From Pseudomonas phage LUZ100, in the sequence record OP329100.1: a DNA stretch of 37,343 nt, one strand, 5' to 3'. The translations under genes were made by a program, and so were the position numbers. The notes under the pieces are model-generated. The model had not been told where the DNA came from. It ran no database searches and saw only the letters and a program-made list of their open reading frames with translations. Below, piece after piece: positions 15,983 to 22,789 of the stretch; the stretch's first letter is position 1; each line of letters begins with the position of its first letter.

Positions 15983-16281
15983 TCGAGAGCCTGGAAACCG
16001 CTGTGATCAAGTGGGCGGAAGACCGGGGCATCTTCGAGAAAGCCACGCCCGCCAGCCAATGGGAGAAGACCCACGAGGAGGTCTTGGAGTTGATCGAGGG
16101 CATCGTCAAGAACGACCGCCGCGAGATCGAGGATGCCATTGGCGACACCGTCGTGACCCTCATCATCCAGGCCCGAATGCACGGGCTGTCCCTCGGTCAG
16201 TGCCTCGCCTCGGCCTACGACCAGATCAAGAACCGAACCGGAAAGATGATCAACGGAGTTTTTGTCAAAGATGCACCTTGA
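15979..16281 (+). CDS. MazG-like nucleotide pyrophosphohydrolase (100 aa)
   Basis: THEEVLELIEGIVKNDRREIEDAIGDTVVTLIIQARMHGLSL matches the MazG EExxE...E..D metal-binding helix pattern. Confidence 0.6.
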   Translation: MIESLETAVIKWAEDRGIFEKATPASQWEKTHEEVLELIEGIVKNDRREIEDAIGDTVVTLIIQARMHGLSLGQCLASAYDQIKNRTGKMINGVFVKDAP

Positions 16282-16392
16282 GACCTACCACGGACTCACC
16301 CTGGACAATGGGCGTGATGCCCGACTGACAGCCCTCGCAGGAGACCTTCTGCGGGGGTTTTATCTTTCTGGGGGTGAGAATGACCCCCGGTC

Positions 16393-16415
16393 AATTACCA
16401 CACAGTCTTGGAGGA
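16393..16415 (+). promoter_or_regulatory. Phage RNAP promoter, family A copy 5 (AATTACCACACAGTCTT|GGAGGA), phi6.5 analogue
   Basis: Family A consensus; followed by an A-rich leader shared with the right-end copy. Confidence 0.6.
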
Positions 16416-16442
16416 CAGGGAAAAAACTCATAGGGATAACTT

Positions 16443-16640
16443 ATGGATCAACTACCTGTGATTCCTAAAGACCTACTTGATGCTCTGGATCAGCGGTTCC
16501 CTGATCGCTGTCCTGAGCCTGAGTGGTCTGATCGTGAAATCTGGATGCGCGTCGGTGAGCGCCGGGTAATCCGGTTGCTCCGTCGCGTGTATGAGCAACA
16601 GCAAGAGAACGTGTTGGAGAACACCCATGTGCTTCGCTAA
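16443..16640 (+). CDS. Small hypothetical protein (65 aa), gp6.5 position
   Basis: First ORF after promoter A5; weak RBS aggga. Confidence 0.4.
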   Translation: MDQLPVIPKDLLDALDQRFPDRCPEPEWSDREIWMRVGERRVIRLLRRVYEQQQENVLENTHVLR

Positions 16641-16830
16641 GACTCCGAAGATGAAGTCCAGCACTCCCGCAGCAGCTCCACCCGCACCGGAGAAATCCGC
16701 TGCTGATGAGCAAGGCGTCCCCGAGAACGAGGACACCAACGTCGCCAAGAAGACCCCGCTGCGGAACAAACTGCGCATTGACCTCGACCGCAACGAGGAG
16801 GAGCGCAAGTTCAGCGGTTACCGCGTCTGA
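16627..16830 (+). CDS. T7 gp6.7-like small virion protein (67 aa)
   Basis: N-terminus MCFAKTPKMKSS parallels T7 gp6.7 MCFSPKIKTPKM; overlaps the previous gene. Confidence 0.55.
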   Translation: MCFAKTPKMKSSTPAAAPPAPEKSAADEQGVPENEDTNVAKKTPLRNKLRIDLDRNEEERKFSGYRV

Positions 16831-16837
16831 GGTAGCC

Positions 16838-17290
16838 GTGTTCATCCCCCAGTATCTGCGCCTGGATGCTGGAACCCCAACCCCACTGACCCGTGAGCAG
16901 ATCGAGCCGACCGTTCGGGAGGCCATGAAGCTCTACTTCGACATCCACAAGGCCGACTACGGCCAGTGGCTACTGTCCGCAGACGAAGCTGCAGAGGTCT
17001 CCCTTCGAGACCACCACATCGCCCTCATCAACTCCGACTACCTGATCGGCTACTCGAAAGCCTCCGAGTGGTACGCCCGTGGCTTCGTGCTCACCGAGGA
17101 GTACCTGCTTCGCGTAGGGACTGGGAGCACCCGGTTGTCCGAGGTGTTCGAGGTGATGAAGACCTTCGCGCTGCTCCACGGGGCAAGGGGTTGTGAGTTC
17201 GGCACACGCGCAGCCAGCAACAAAGCGGCCATCCGACGGCTTTACGCCCGGCATGGCCTGACCGAAACCATGACTGTGATGAGGTGTTAA
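16838..17290 (+). CDS. GNAT-fold putative acetyltransferase (about 150 aa, GTG start) at the gp7 position
   Basis: RBS tgaggtagccGTG; C-terminal HGARGCEFGTRAASNKAAIRRLYARHGL resembles GNAT motif A and the A..LY.k.GF strand. Confidence 0.4.
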   Translation: MFIPQYLRLDAGTPTPLTREQIEPTVREAMKLYFDIHKADYGQWLLSADEAAEVSLRDHHIALINSDYLIGYSKASEWYARGFVLTEEYLLRVGTGSTRLSEVFEVMKTFALLHGARGCEFGTRAASNKAAIRRLYARHGLTETMTVMRC

Positions 17291-17293
17291 CCA

Positions 17294-17578
17294 GTGGGTG
17301 GCATCAAGAAGGCGGTTAAGTCCGTCACCAAGTCCATCAATAAGGTGGTCTCGAAGACCGTGGGCGGTGTGTTCGGCATCAAGCAGGACAAGCCCAAGGT
17401 AGTCGAGCAAGCACCACCGGCCCAGGAAGCCCCGAAGCCGGAACAGAACGCGGAGACCATGACCCAGAACGAGGAGCTGAGTACCCGCAAGCGCAACCGC
17501 CGCAACGGCTTGCGTATCGACCTGAACCAAGCTGGTGGAGCGAACACCGGCAGCGGCCTGAACATCCCCGTGGGCTAA
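17294..17578 (+). CDS. T7 gp7.3-like small virion/tail protein (94 aa, GTG start)
   Basis: MGGIKKAVKSVTKSINKVV parallels T7 gp7.3 MGKKVKKAVKKVTKSVKKV; C-terminal GSGLNIPVG vs T7 GGGINI. Confidence 0.6.
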   Translation: MGGIKKAVKSVTKSINKVVSKTVGGVFGIKQDKPKVVEQAPPAQEAPKPEQNAETMTQNEELSTRKRNRRNGLRIDLNQAGGANTGSGLNIPVG

Positions 17579-17590
17579 CCGAGGAGGCGT

Positions 17591-19132
17591 ATGGAACAAA
17601 CGGCTGGCGGGCGCTACAACGCCCTGATCAGCTTCCGTGAGCCATTCCTTCAACGCGCACGAGAAGCTGCCAAACTCACCATCCCGTCGCTCCTCCCTCC
17701 TGCAAACCACTCCGCACACTCCAAGCTCCCGACCCCGTTCCAGGGGCTGGGCGCTCGCGGCGTCAACAACCTCTCCTCGAAGCTGCTCCTGGCACTCATG
17801 CCGCCGAACAGTCCGTTCTTCCGGCTGACGGTGGACGACTACACCCTGGAGCAGATGACCCAGCAAGAGGGCATGAGGGCCGAGGTTGAGGAAGCCCTGG
17901 GCAAGATCGAGCGTGCTGTCATGTACGACATCGAGTCCCAGGCCATCCGCGTCTCGACCGGCGAAGGTCTCAAGCAGTTGCTCGTTGCGGGCAACGTGCT
18001 GCTGTACCTCGCCCCCGAGGGAGGCATGAAGGTCTACCGCCTGGATCGCTACGTCGTCCGCCGTGACCCCATGGGGAACGTGCTGGAGATCATCGTGCAG
18101 GACGTGGTCTCGCCCGAGGCACTACCTCAGGACTTCCTGGCCAAGCTCAAGGACGCCCCGCAGTTGACCAAGGAGAAGACCCTGGAGCTGTACACCCGGA
18201 TCTACCGGGACGGCAACGAGTGGCGGATCTACCAAGAGGTCAAGGGTGAGCGTGTCCCCGGCACCGAGGGCACCTATCCGCTGGACAAGTCCCCGTGGCT
18301 GGCCTTGCGGTTCACCAAGATCGACGGCGAAGACTATGGCCGTGGCTACGTCGAGGAGTACTACGGTGACCTCCGGTCGCTGGAAGCCTTGACCCAGGCC
18401 ATCGTTGAAGGCTCGGCTGCCGCTGCCAAGGTGCTGTTCCTCGTGAACCCTAATGGCACCACCGAGCAGCGAACCCTGACCGAGTCCCCCAACGGGGCTG
18501 TCCGTACCGGTAATGCCCAGGACGTCACTGTCCTGCAGGTGGAGAAGTTCGCTGACTTCCGCATCGCCTTCGAGACCATCGAGGCGATCAGCCAGCGGCT
18601 GTCCTTCGCGTTCCTGCTCAACACCGCCGTTCAGCGTGGTGGCGAGCGCGTGACCGCCGAGGAGATTCGGTACATGGCCGGTGAGCTGGAGGATGCCCTT
18701 GGCGGCGTCTACTCGATCCTCTCCCAGGAGTTCCAGTTCCCCCTGGTGCAGCGCCTGATCCTGCAACTGGAGAAGCGCAAGAAGATCCCGGCACTCCCGA
18801 AGGACACCGTCCGCCCGACCATCACCACCGGCCTGGAAGCCCTTGGCCGTGGGCACGACCTGAACAAGCTCGATGCCTTCATCCAGGGCGTGAACCAGAC
18901 GTTCGGCCCGGAGGTGGTCGCTCGCTACCTCAACGTCGGGGACTACATGACCCGTCGCGGTACAGCGCTTGGCCTGGACATGAAGGGTCTGGTGCGCAGC
19001 GAAGACGAAGTCAAGGCGATGGAGCAACAGCAAGCCCAGGAAGAACAGATGGCCCAGCTCGGCCAGATGCTCGCCCAGGGCGGTATGGGAATGGCAACCG
19101 AAGTAGTCAAGGCAGGTGTGAAGAATGGCTGA
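17591..19132 (+). CDS. Head-to-tail connector (portal) protein, T7 gp8-like
   Basis: Collinear with T7 gp8: TIPSLLPP, GARGVNNLSSKLLLALMPP, YRLDRYVVRRDPMGNVLEI, GERVTAEEIRYMAGELEDALGGVYSILSQEFQFPLVQ. Confidence 0.95.
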   Translation: MEQTAGGRYNALISFREPFLQRAREAAKLTIPSLLPPANHSAHSKLPTPFQGLGARGVNNLSSKLLLALMPPNSPFFRLTVDDYTLEQMTQQEGMRAEVEEALGKIERAVMYDIESQAIRVSTGEGLKQLLVAGNVLLYLAPEGGMKVYRLDRYVVRRDPMGNVLEIIVQDVVSPEALPQDFLAKLKDAPQLTKEKTLELYTRIYRDGNEWRIYQEVKGERVPGTEGTYPLDKSPWLALRFTKIDGEDYGRGYVEEYYGDLRSLEALTQAIVEGSAAAAKVLFLVNPNGTTEQRTLTESPNGAVRTGNAQDVTVLQVEKFADFRIAFETIEAISQRLSFAFLLNTAVQRGGERVTAEEIRYMAGELEDALGGVYSILSQEFQFPLVQRLILQLEKRKKIPALPKDTVRPTITTGLEALGRGHDLNKLDAFIQGVNQTFGPEVVARYLNVGDYMTRRGTALGLDMKGLVRSEDEVKAMEQQQAQEEQMAQLGQMLAQGGMGMATEVVKAGVKNG

Positions 19133-19283
19133 CGAAGCTCAACCGAAAGTCACCAGCCAGGAAACCAAAGGGGGTCGCCGCAAGACGGCCCCTTCAGTTT
19201 CTGCGGCTGAAACCAACAAGCAACCCCAAGAGGCCAAGCGCGTGGAGAAAACCGAAAGCGGCCTCGTGATCGTTTACCACTAA
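19125..19283 (+). CDS. Possible small ORF (52 aa) between portal and scaffold
   Basis: ATG 19125 with aggtg 9 nt upstream; below the ORF-track size cutoff; no homology signal. Confidence 0.2.
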   Translation: MADEAQPKVTSQETKGGRRKTAPSVSAAETNKQPQEAKRVEKTESGLVIVYH

Positions 19284-19295
19284 GAGGAGAACCAA

Positions 19296-20072
19296 ATGGC
19301 TGAAGTCCTGAACACCCAAGGCACCCCGAACAGCGAAGCCCCGGCTGGCCACGATGCAGCCATGGCCGCTGCAGTTGACCAGAAGAACGCCGAGCTGGCG
19401 AACCTGGGCAACGACGCGCCGAAACCGCAAGAGCCTCTGCTGGGCAAGTTCCAGTCCGTCGACGATCTGGCCAAGGCGTATCAGGAGCTGGAGCGCAAGC
19501 TGGGCCAGAAGCCCCAGGAACCGGCCAAGCCGGATGTCACCGACATGACCCCCGAGAAACTCGACGAGCTGGCCCAGAAGAACGGCTTCGACATCGAGGA
19601 GATGTCCAGCTTCTACGAGGCCAACGGCGGTCTGTCCGAAGACCACTACGCCCAACTGGAGAAGGCTGGCATCCCGCGTGCCTACGTCGACCAGTACATC
19701 GCTGGCGTGGAAGCTGAGGCCGAGCGCGCCCGTGATGCCATCTTCCAAGAGGTCGGCGGCGAGCAAGCCTTCCAGGCCATGTCGCAGTGGGCACTGGCCA
19801 ACCTGAGCAAGGAAGACCTGAACCGCTACAACCTTGCTGTCGAGAGCGGCGACATGGACACCGTGCGCAGTGCCGTGATGTCCCTGGCGTACCGCTACCA
19901 GAAGGCAGTCGGCTCCGATCCGAAGCTGGTCAATGGCCAGAACGGTGGCGGTGCCGGTGGTTATGAGTCCCTGGCTCAACTGACCGCAGCAATGCAAGAC
20001 CCCCGCTATGAGAAAGACCCGGCCTACCGCCGCGAGGTAGAGGCCCGTCTGGCTCGTTCCAACATCTTCTGA
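19296..20072 (+). CDS. Capsid assembly (scaffolding) protein, T7 gp9-like
   Basis: RBS agaggagaaccaaATG; acidic, helical, LLGKFQSVDDLAKAYQELERKLG; position between portal and capsid. Confidence 0.8.
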   Translation: MAEVLNTQGTPNSEAPAGHDAAMAAAVDQKNAELANLGNDAPKPQEPLLGKFQSVDDLAKAYQELERKLGQKPQEPAKPDVTDMTPEKLDELAQKNGFDIEEMSSFYEANGGLSEDHYAQLEKAGIPRAYVDQYIAGVEAEAERARDAIFQEVGGEQAFQAMSQWALANLSKEDLNRYNLAVESGDMDTVRSAVMSLAYRYQKAVGSDPKLVNGQNGGGAGGYESLAQLTAAMQDPRYEKDPAYRREVEARLARSNIF

Positions 20073-20080
20073 GGTGAACC

Positions 20081-20278
20081 ATGATCGAAACTGTCCTCGA
20101 AAACTGGGACGGCATCCTGGCAGTCATCGTGGCTGCCCATGCCCTGGCCCTGGCCATCGTCAACCTGACCCCGACCCCTCGTGATGACGAGATCGTGGGC
20201 AAGGTCTACAAGGTCGTCGAAGCGCTCGCTGGCGTTGTCACCCGCAAGGCCAAGGAGCTGCCCGGCGAGAAGCTGTGA
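20081..20278 (+). CDS. Small single-TM membrane protein (65 aa), holin-like or antiholin-like, directly upstream of the spanins
   Basis: Hydrophobic stretch ILAVIVAAHALALAIV with a charged C-terminus; RBS ctgaggtgaaccATG. Confidence 0.4.
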   Translation: MIETVLENWDGILAVIVAAHALALAIVNLTPTPRDDEIVGKVYKVVEALAGVVTRKAKELPGEKL

Positions 20279-20511
20279 AGGCGCTCCTCAAGGCGCTCCA
20301 GTCGATCCTCCAACTAGCCACCCTGGTGCTCACCCTCCTGCGTGACGACAAGTTGCGCCAGGAAGGTGAGCGCAAGGTGCGCCTGGAGGCGATGGAGGCC
20401 GAGCAACAGCGCCGTGGAGAAGCCCATGAGATTGACCTGCAGGTGGCTCGTGGTGGCCTGTCTGACGCTGATCTTGAGCGGATGCGCCGCTACCAACGCG
20501 CCAGTCGATGA
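20275..20511 (+). CDS. i-spanin (Rz-like): N-terminal TM plus charged coiled-coil (78 aa)
   Basis: GTG start overlapping the previous stop; ILQLATLVLTLL TM, then R/E-rich helix; contains the o-spanin start in another frame. Confidence 0.55.
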   Translation: MKALLKALQSILQLATLVLTLLRDDKLRQEGERKVRLEAMEAEQQRRGEAHEIDLQVARGGLSDADLERMRRYQRASR

Positions 20512-20617
20512 GTGCTCCTGGGTGAAGCCCATCAGTTGGCATGAAGACGACACCCCGACTACCAAGCAGGAGGTCTTCGCCCACAACCTCAAGTGGGAGA
20601 AGTTCTGCCTCCGGTAA
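20426..20617 (+). CDS. o-spanin (Rz1-like outer-membrane lipoprotein), overlapped with the i-spanin gene
   Basis: MRLTCRWLVVACLTLILSGC: positive n-region, hydrophobic core and lipobox L-S-G-C; starts in the +1 frame inside the i-spanin and extends past it. Confidence 0.65.
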   Translation: MRLTCRWLVVACLTLILSGCAATNAPVDECSWVKPISWHEDDTPTTKQEVFAHNLKWEKFCLR

Positions 20618-20638
20618 TTACCACACAGTTATGGAGAA
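20616..20638 (+). promoter_or_regulatory. Phage RNAP promoter, family A copy 6 (AATTACCACACAGTTAT|GGAGAA), phi10 analogue
   Basis: Family A consensus; transcript begins with perfect hairpin GGAGAACaagatcGTTCTCC (20633-20652). Confidence 0.6.
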
Positions 20639-20830
20639 CAAGATCGTTCTCCGATCTCTCCTGTTGGTTGGTACTTCGGGGCTGGCTTCATGTCGGCCTC
20701 GCTTTTTCCCAGGATTCCATCGCCCCCAAGCCTCTGGCCGGGTTCCCCGTCACCCGCGTATCTAAGGCCACGCTCAAATCGTGGGGCCGCTAGGCAGCTT
20801 GCTCCGTCTGCCGAATCACGGAGCTTTCAC

Positions 20831-20906
20831 TGGCATGTAGCTCAGATGGTAGAGCACCCGGCTGTTAACCGGGCGGTCGCAGGTTCGAGTCCTGCCGTGC
20901 CAGCCA
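20831..20906 (+). tRNA. tRNA-Asn (anticodon GTT), 76 nt
   Basis: TGGCATGTAGCTCAGATGGTAGAGCACCCGGCTGTTAACCGGGCGGTCGCAGGTTCGAGTCCTGCCGTGCCAGCCA: cloverleaf with 7-bp acceptor stem (one G-U), anticodon loop CTGTTAA, T-loop TTCGAGT, CCA end. Confidence 0.85.
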
Positions 20907-21191
20907 AATCCCATAGAGAAGGAGGTGATCCTGTATCTCCGGGTGCAGCTACGGAAACTGCACAAGCCCTAGCACGTCGGGAGACGTTACTGGGCAACCC
21001 CTACCTCGAACGACGAGTGCCTCAAGTCGCACTGGCAGCAAAGCCGGTGACTTAGCACCCAAAGCATTTCATGCACGAGCCTCGGCCCAACTGGCCCACC
21101 TGCGGGTGGAGCCGGAAGGACAACCTTGTGCGCAGCGCGTGGATGGCTGCTGGGAGCAACCCACTCTCATCAATCGTTCACGAGGTAACAA

Positions 21192-22145
21192 ATGGCTGAC
21201 GCTATCGTTTCGCGTCTGGGTCAGATCAACGGCAGCGGCGCTGTCGATGCTCTGTTCCTGAAAGTGTTTGCTGGTGAAGTTCTGACCAGCTTCGAGAAGA
21301 CCAACGTGATGATGGGCAAGCACCAAGTGCGAACCATCGCCAACGGCAAGTCTGCTCAATTCCCGGTAATGGGCCGCGCGAGCGCCTACTACCACACTCC
21401 GGGCCAGGAGATTCTGGGCGGCACCCTGAAGCACGCCGAGAAGATCATCACCATTGATGAACTCCTGATCGCGCCGACCTTCATCGCCAACATCGACGAG
21501 GCGAAGAACCACTACGACGTTCGCTCGGTTTACACCCGCGAGATGGGTGCCAAGCTGGCGAACACCATGGACAAGCACATCCTGCAAACTGGTGTGCTGG
21601 CTGCCCGTACCGCCAAGACCATCAACGACCCGGATCAGTTCGGTGGCACCACCATCAACAACGTGGCCGCTGATAACGGCGATGCCCTGGCAGACGCCAT
21701 GTTCGAGGCTGCTCGCATCCTCGACGAGAAGGACGTTCCGGCTGACGAGCGGTACCTGTTCGTGCGCCCGGCTCAGTTCTACGCCCTGGCGAAGTCGACC
21801 AAGGTTCTGAACCGCGACTGGGGTGGCGAAGGTTCTTACGCTGGCGGCAACGTGATCCGCGTTGCTGGCATCACCATCGTCAAGACCAACAACCTGCCGA
21901 ACACCGTTGTCGCTGCAGGTTCCCTGGACGCTGGCACTGGCGACAAGTACGCCGGTGACTTCTCCAAGACTGTCGGTCTGGTGATGCACCCGTCGGCAAT
22001 CGGCACTGTGAAGCTGCTCGACCTGGGCATGGAGTCCGAGTACCAGATCAGCCGTCAGGGCACCCTGATGGTTGCTAAGTACGCGGTCGGCCACGGCGTT
22101 CTGCGCCCGGAAGCTGCAGTGGAACTGTCCACCGCTGTTGCGTAA
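21192..22145 (+). CDS. Major capsid protein, T7 gp10A-like
   Basis: LFLKVFAGEVLTSFEKT, GKSAQFPVMGR, HAEKIITIDELL, NHYDVRSVYT, GHGVLRPEAA collinear with T7 gp10A. Confidence 0.95.
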   Translation: MADAIVSRLGQINGSGAVDALFLKVFAGEVLTSFEKTNVMMGKHQVRTIANGKSAQFPVMGRASAYYHTPGQEILGGTLKHAEKIITIDELLIAPTFIANIDEAKNHYDVRSVYTREMGAKLANTMDKHILQTGVLAARTAKTINDPDQFGGTTINNVAADNGDALADAMFEAARILDEKDVPADERYLFVRPAQFYALAKSTKVLNRDWGGEGSYAGGNVIRVAGITIVKTNNLPNTVVAAGSLDAGTGDKYAGDFSKTVGLVMHPSAIGTVKLLDLGMESEYQISRQGTLMVAKYAVGHGVLRPEAAVELSTAVA

Positions 22146-22146
22146 G

Positions 22147-22168
22147 CAACTATCCACCATCGCATAGG
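22147..22168 (+). promoter_or_regulatory. B element copy 8 (AACTATCCACCATCGCATAGGA), between capsid stop and gp11 RBS
   Basis: Member of the 9-copy B family. Confidence 0.4.
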
Positions 22169-22178
22169 AGGGCCAGAA

Positions 22179-22787
22179 ATGGCTCTCCTATTTTTTTCTT
22201 ATGGGGGTTCCATGATTTCTCCAACCACTGAGCTGGAAGCCATCAACACGATGCTCTCCACCATCGGTGAAGCCCCGATCAGTACCGTCGAGGACAGTGG
22301 CGTTATCGACGCCGTAATGGCCCGCCAGATCCTCCGTTCGGTTGACCGGGAAGTCCAGGCCAGGGGCTGGCACTGGAACACCGATAAGGGCTACCCGCTG
22401 ACCCCGAACCAAGAGGGTGAATGCGAGCTACCCAACGGGGTGCTCCGCTGCGACACCGTCACTCCTGACGACCAGATCGACGTGGTGGTGCGAGGCAAGC
22501 GCCTCTACGACCGCCGCAACCACACCTACCAGATCAACAAGATGGTACGGGTGGACATGGTGACCCAGCTTCCCTTCGAGGAGCTGCCGGAAGCCGCCCG
22601 CCAGTACATCACCATCCGTGCCGCCCGCATCTTCCAAGAGCGTGTCCTGGGTTCGCTGGAGCTTTCCAAGTTCTCGACCATCGACGAGACCCGCGCCCTG
22701 GTGACCCTCAAGGAGATGGAAGCAGACACGGCTGACTACAACATCCTGTCCGACAACTACTCGGTCTTCCGGGTACTGGATCGCTAA
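22179..22787 (+). CDS. Tail tubular protein A, T7 gp11-like
   Basis: RBS aggaggGCCAGAAATG; MLSTIGEAPISTVE and RGWHWN parallel T7 gp11 ILASIGEPPVSTLE and RGWTFN. Confidence 0.85.
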   Translation: MALLFFSYGGSMISPTTELEAINTMLSTIGEAPISTVEDSGVIDAVMARQILRSVDREVQARGWHWNTDKGYPLTPNQEGECELPNGVLRCDTVTPDDQIDVVVRGKRLYDRRNHTYQINKMVRVDMVTQLPFEELPEAARQYITIRAARIFQERVLGSLELSKFSTIDETRALVTLKEMEADTADYNILSDNYSVFRVLDR

Positions 22788-22789
22788 CC

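Noticed and set aside
16262-16468. 68-aa ORF overlapping the MazG 3' end and promoter A5
   Set aside because: It starts with TTG or an internal ATG overlapping MazG by 11 nt, has promoter A5 inside its coding sequence, and lacks an RBS. It is most likely non-coding leader DNA and is not listed as a feature
20690-21055. 121-aa + strand ORF spanning the tRNA-Asn and capsid leader
   Set aside because: It reads straight through a well-folded tRNA gene and the structured capsid leader, has no RBS, and has a Pro/Ser/Ala-rich translation
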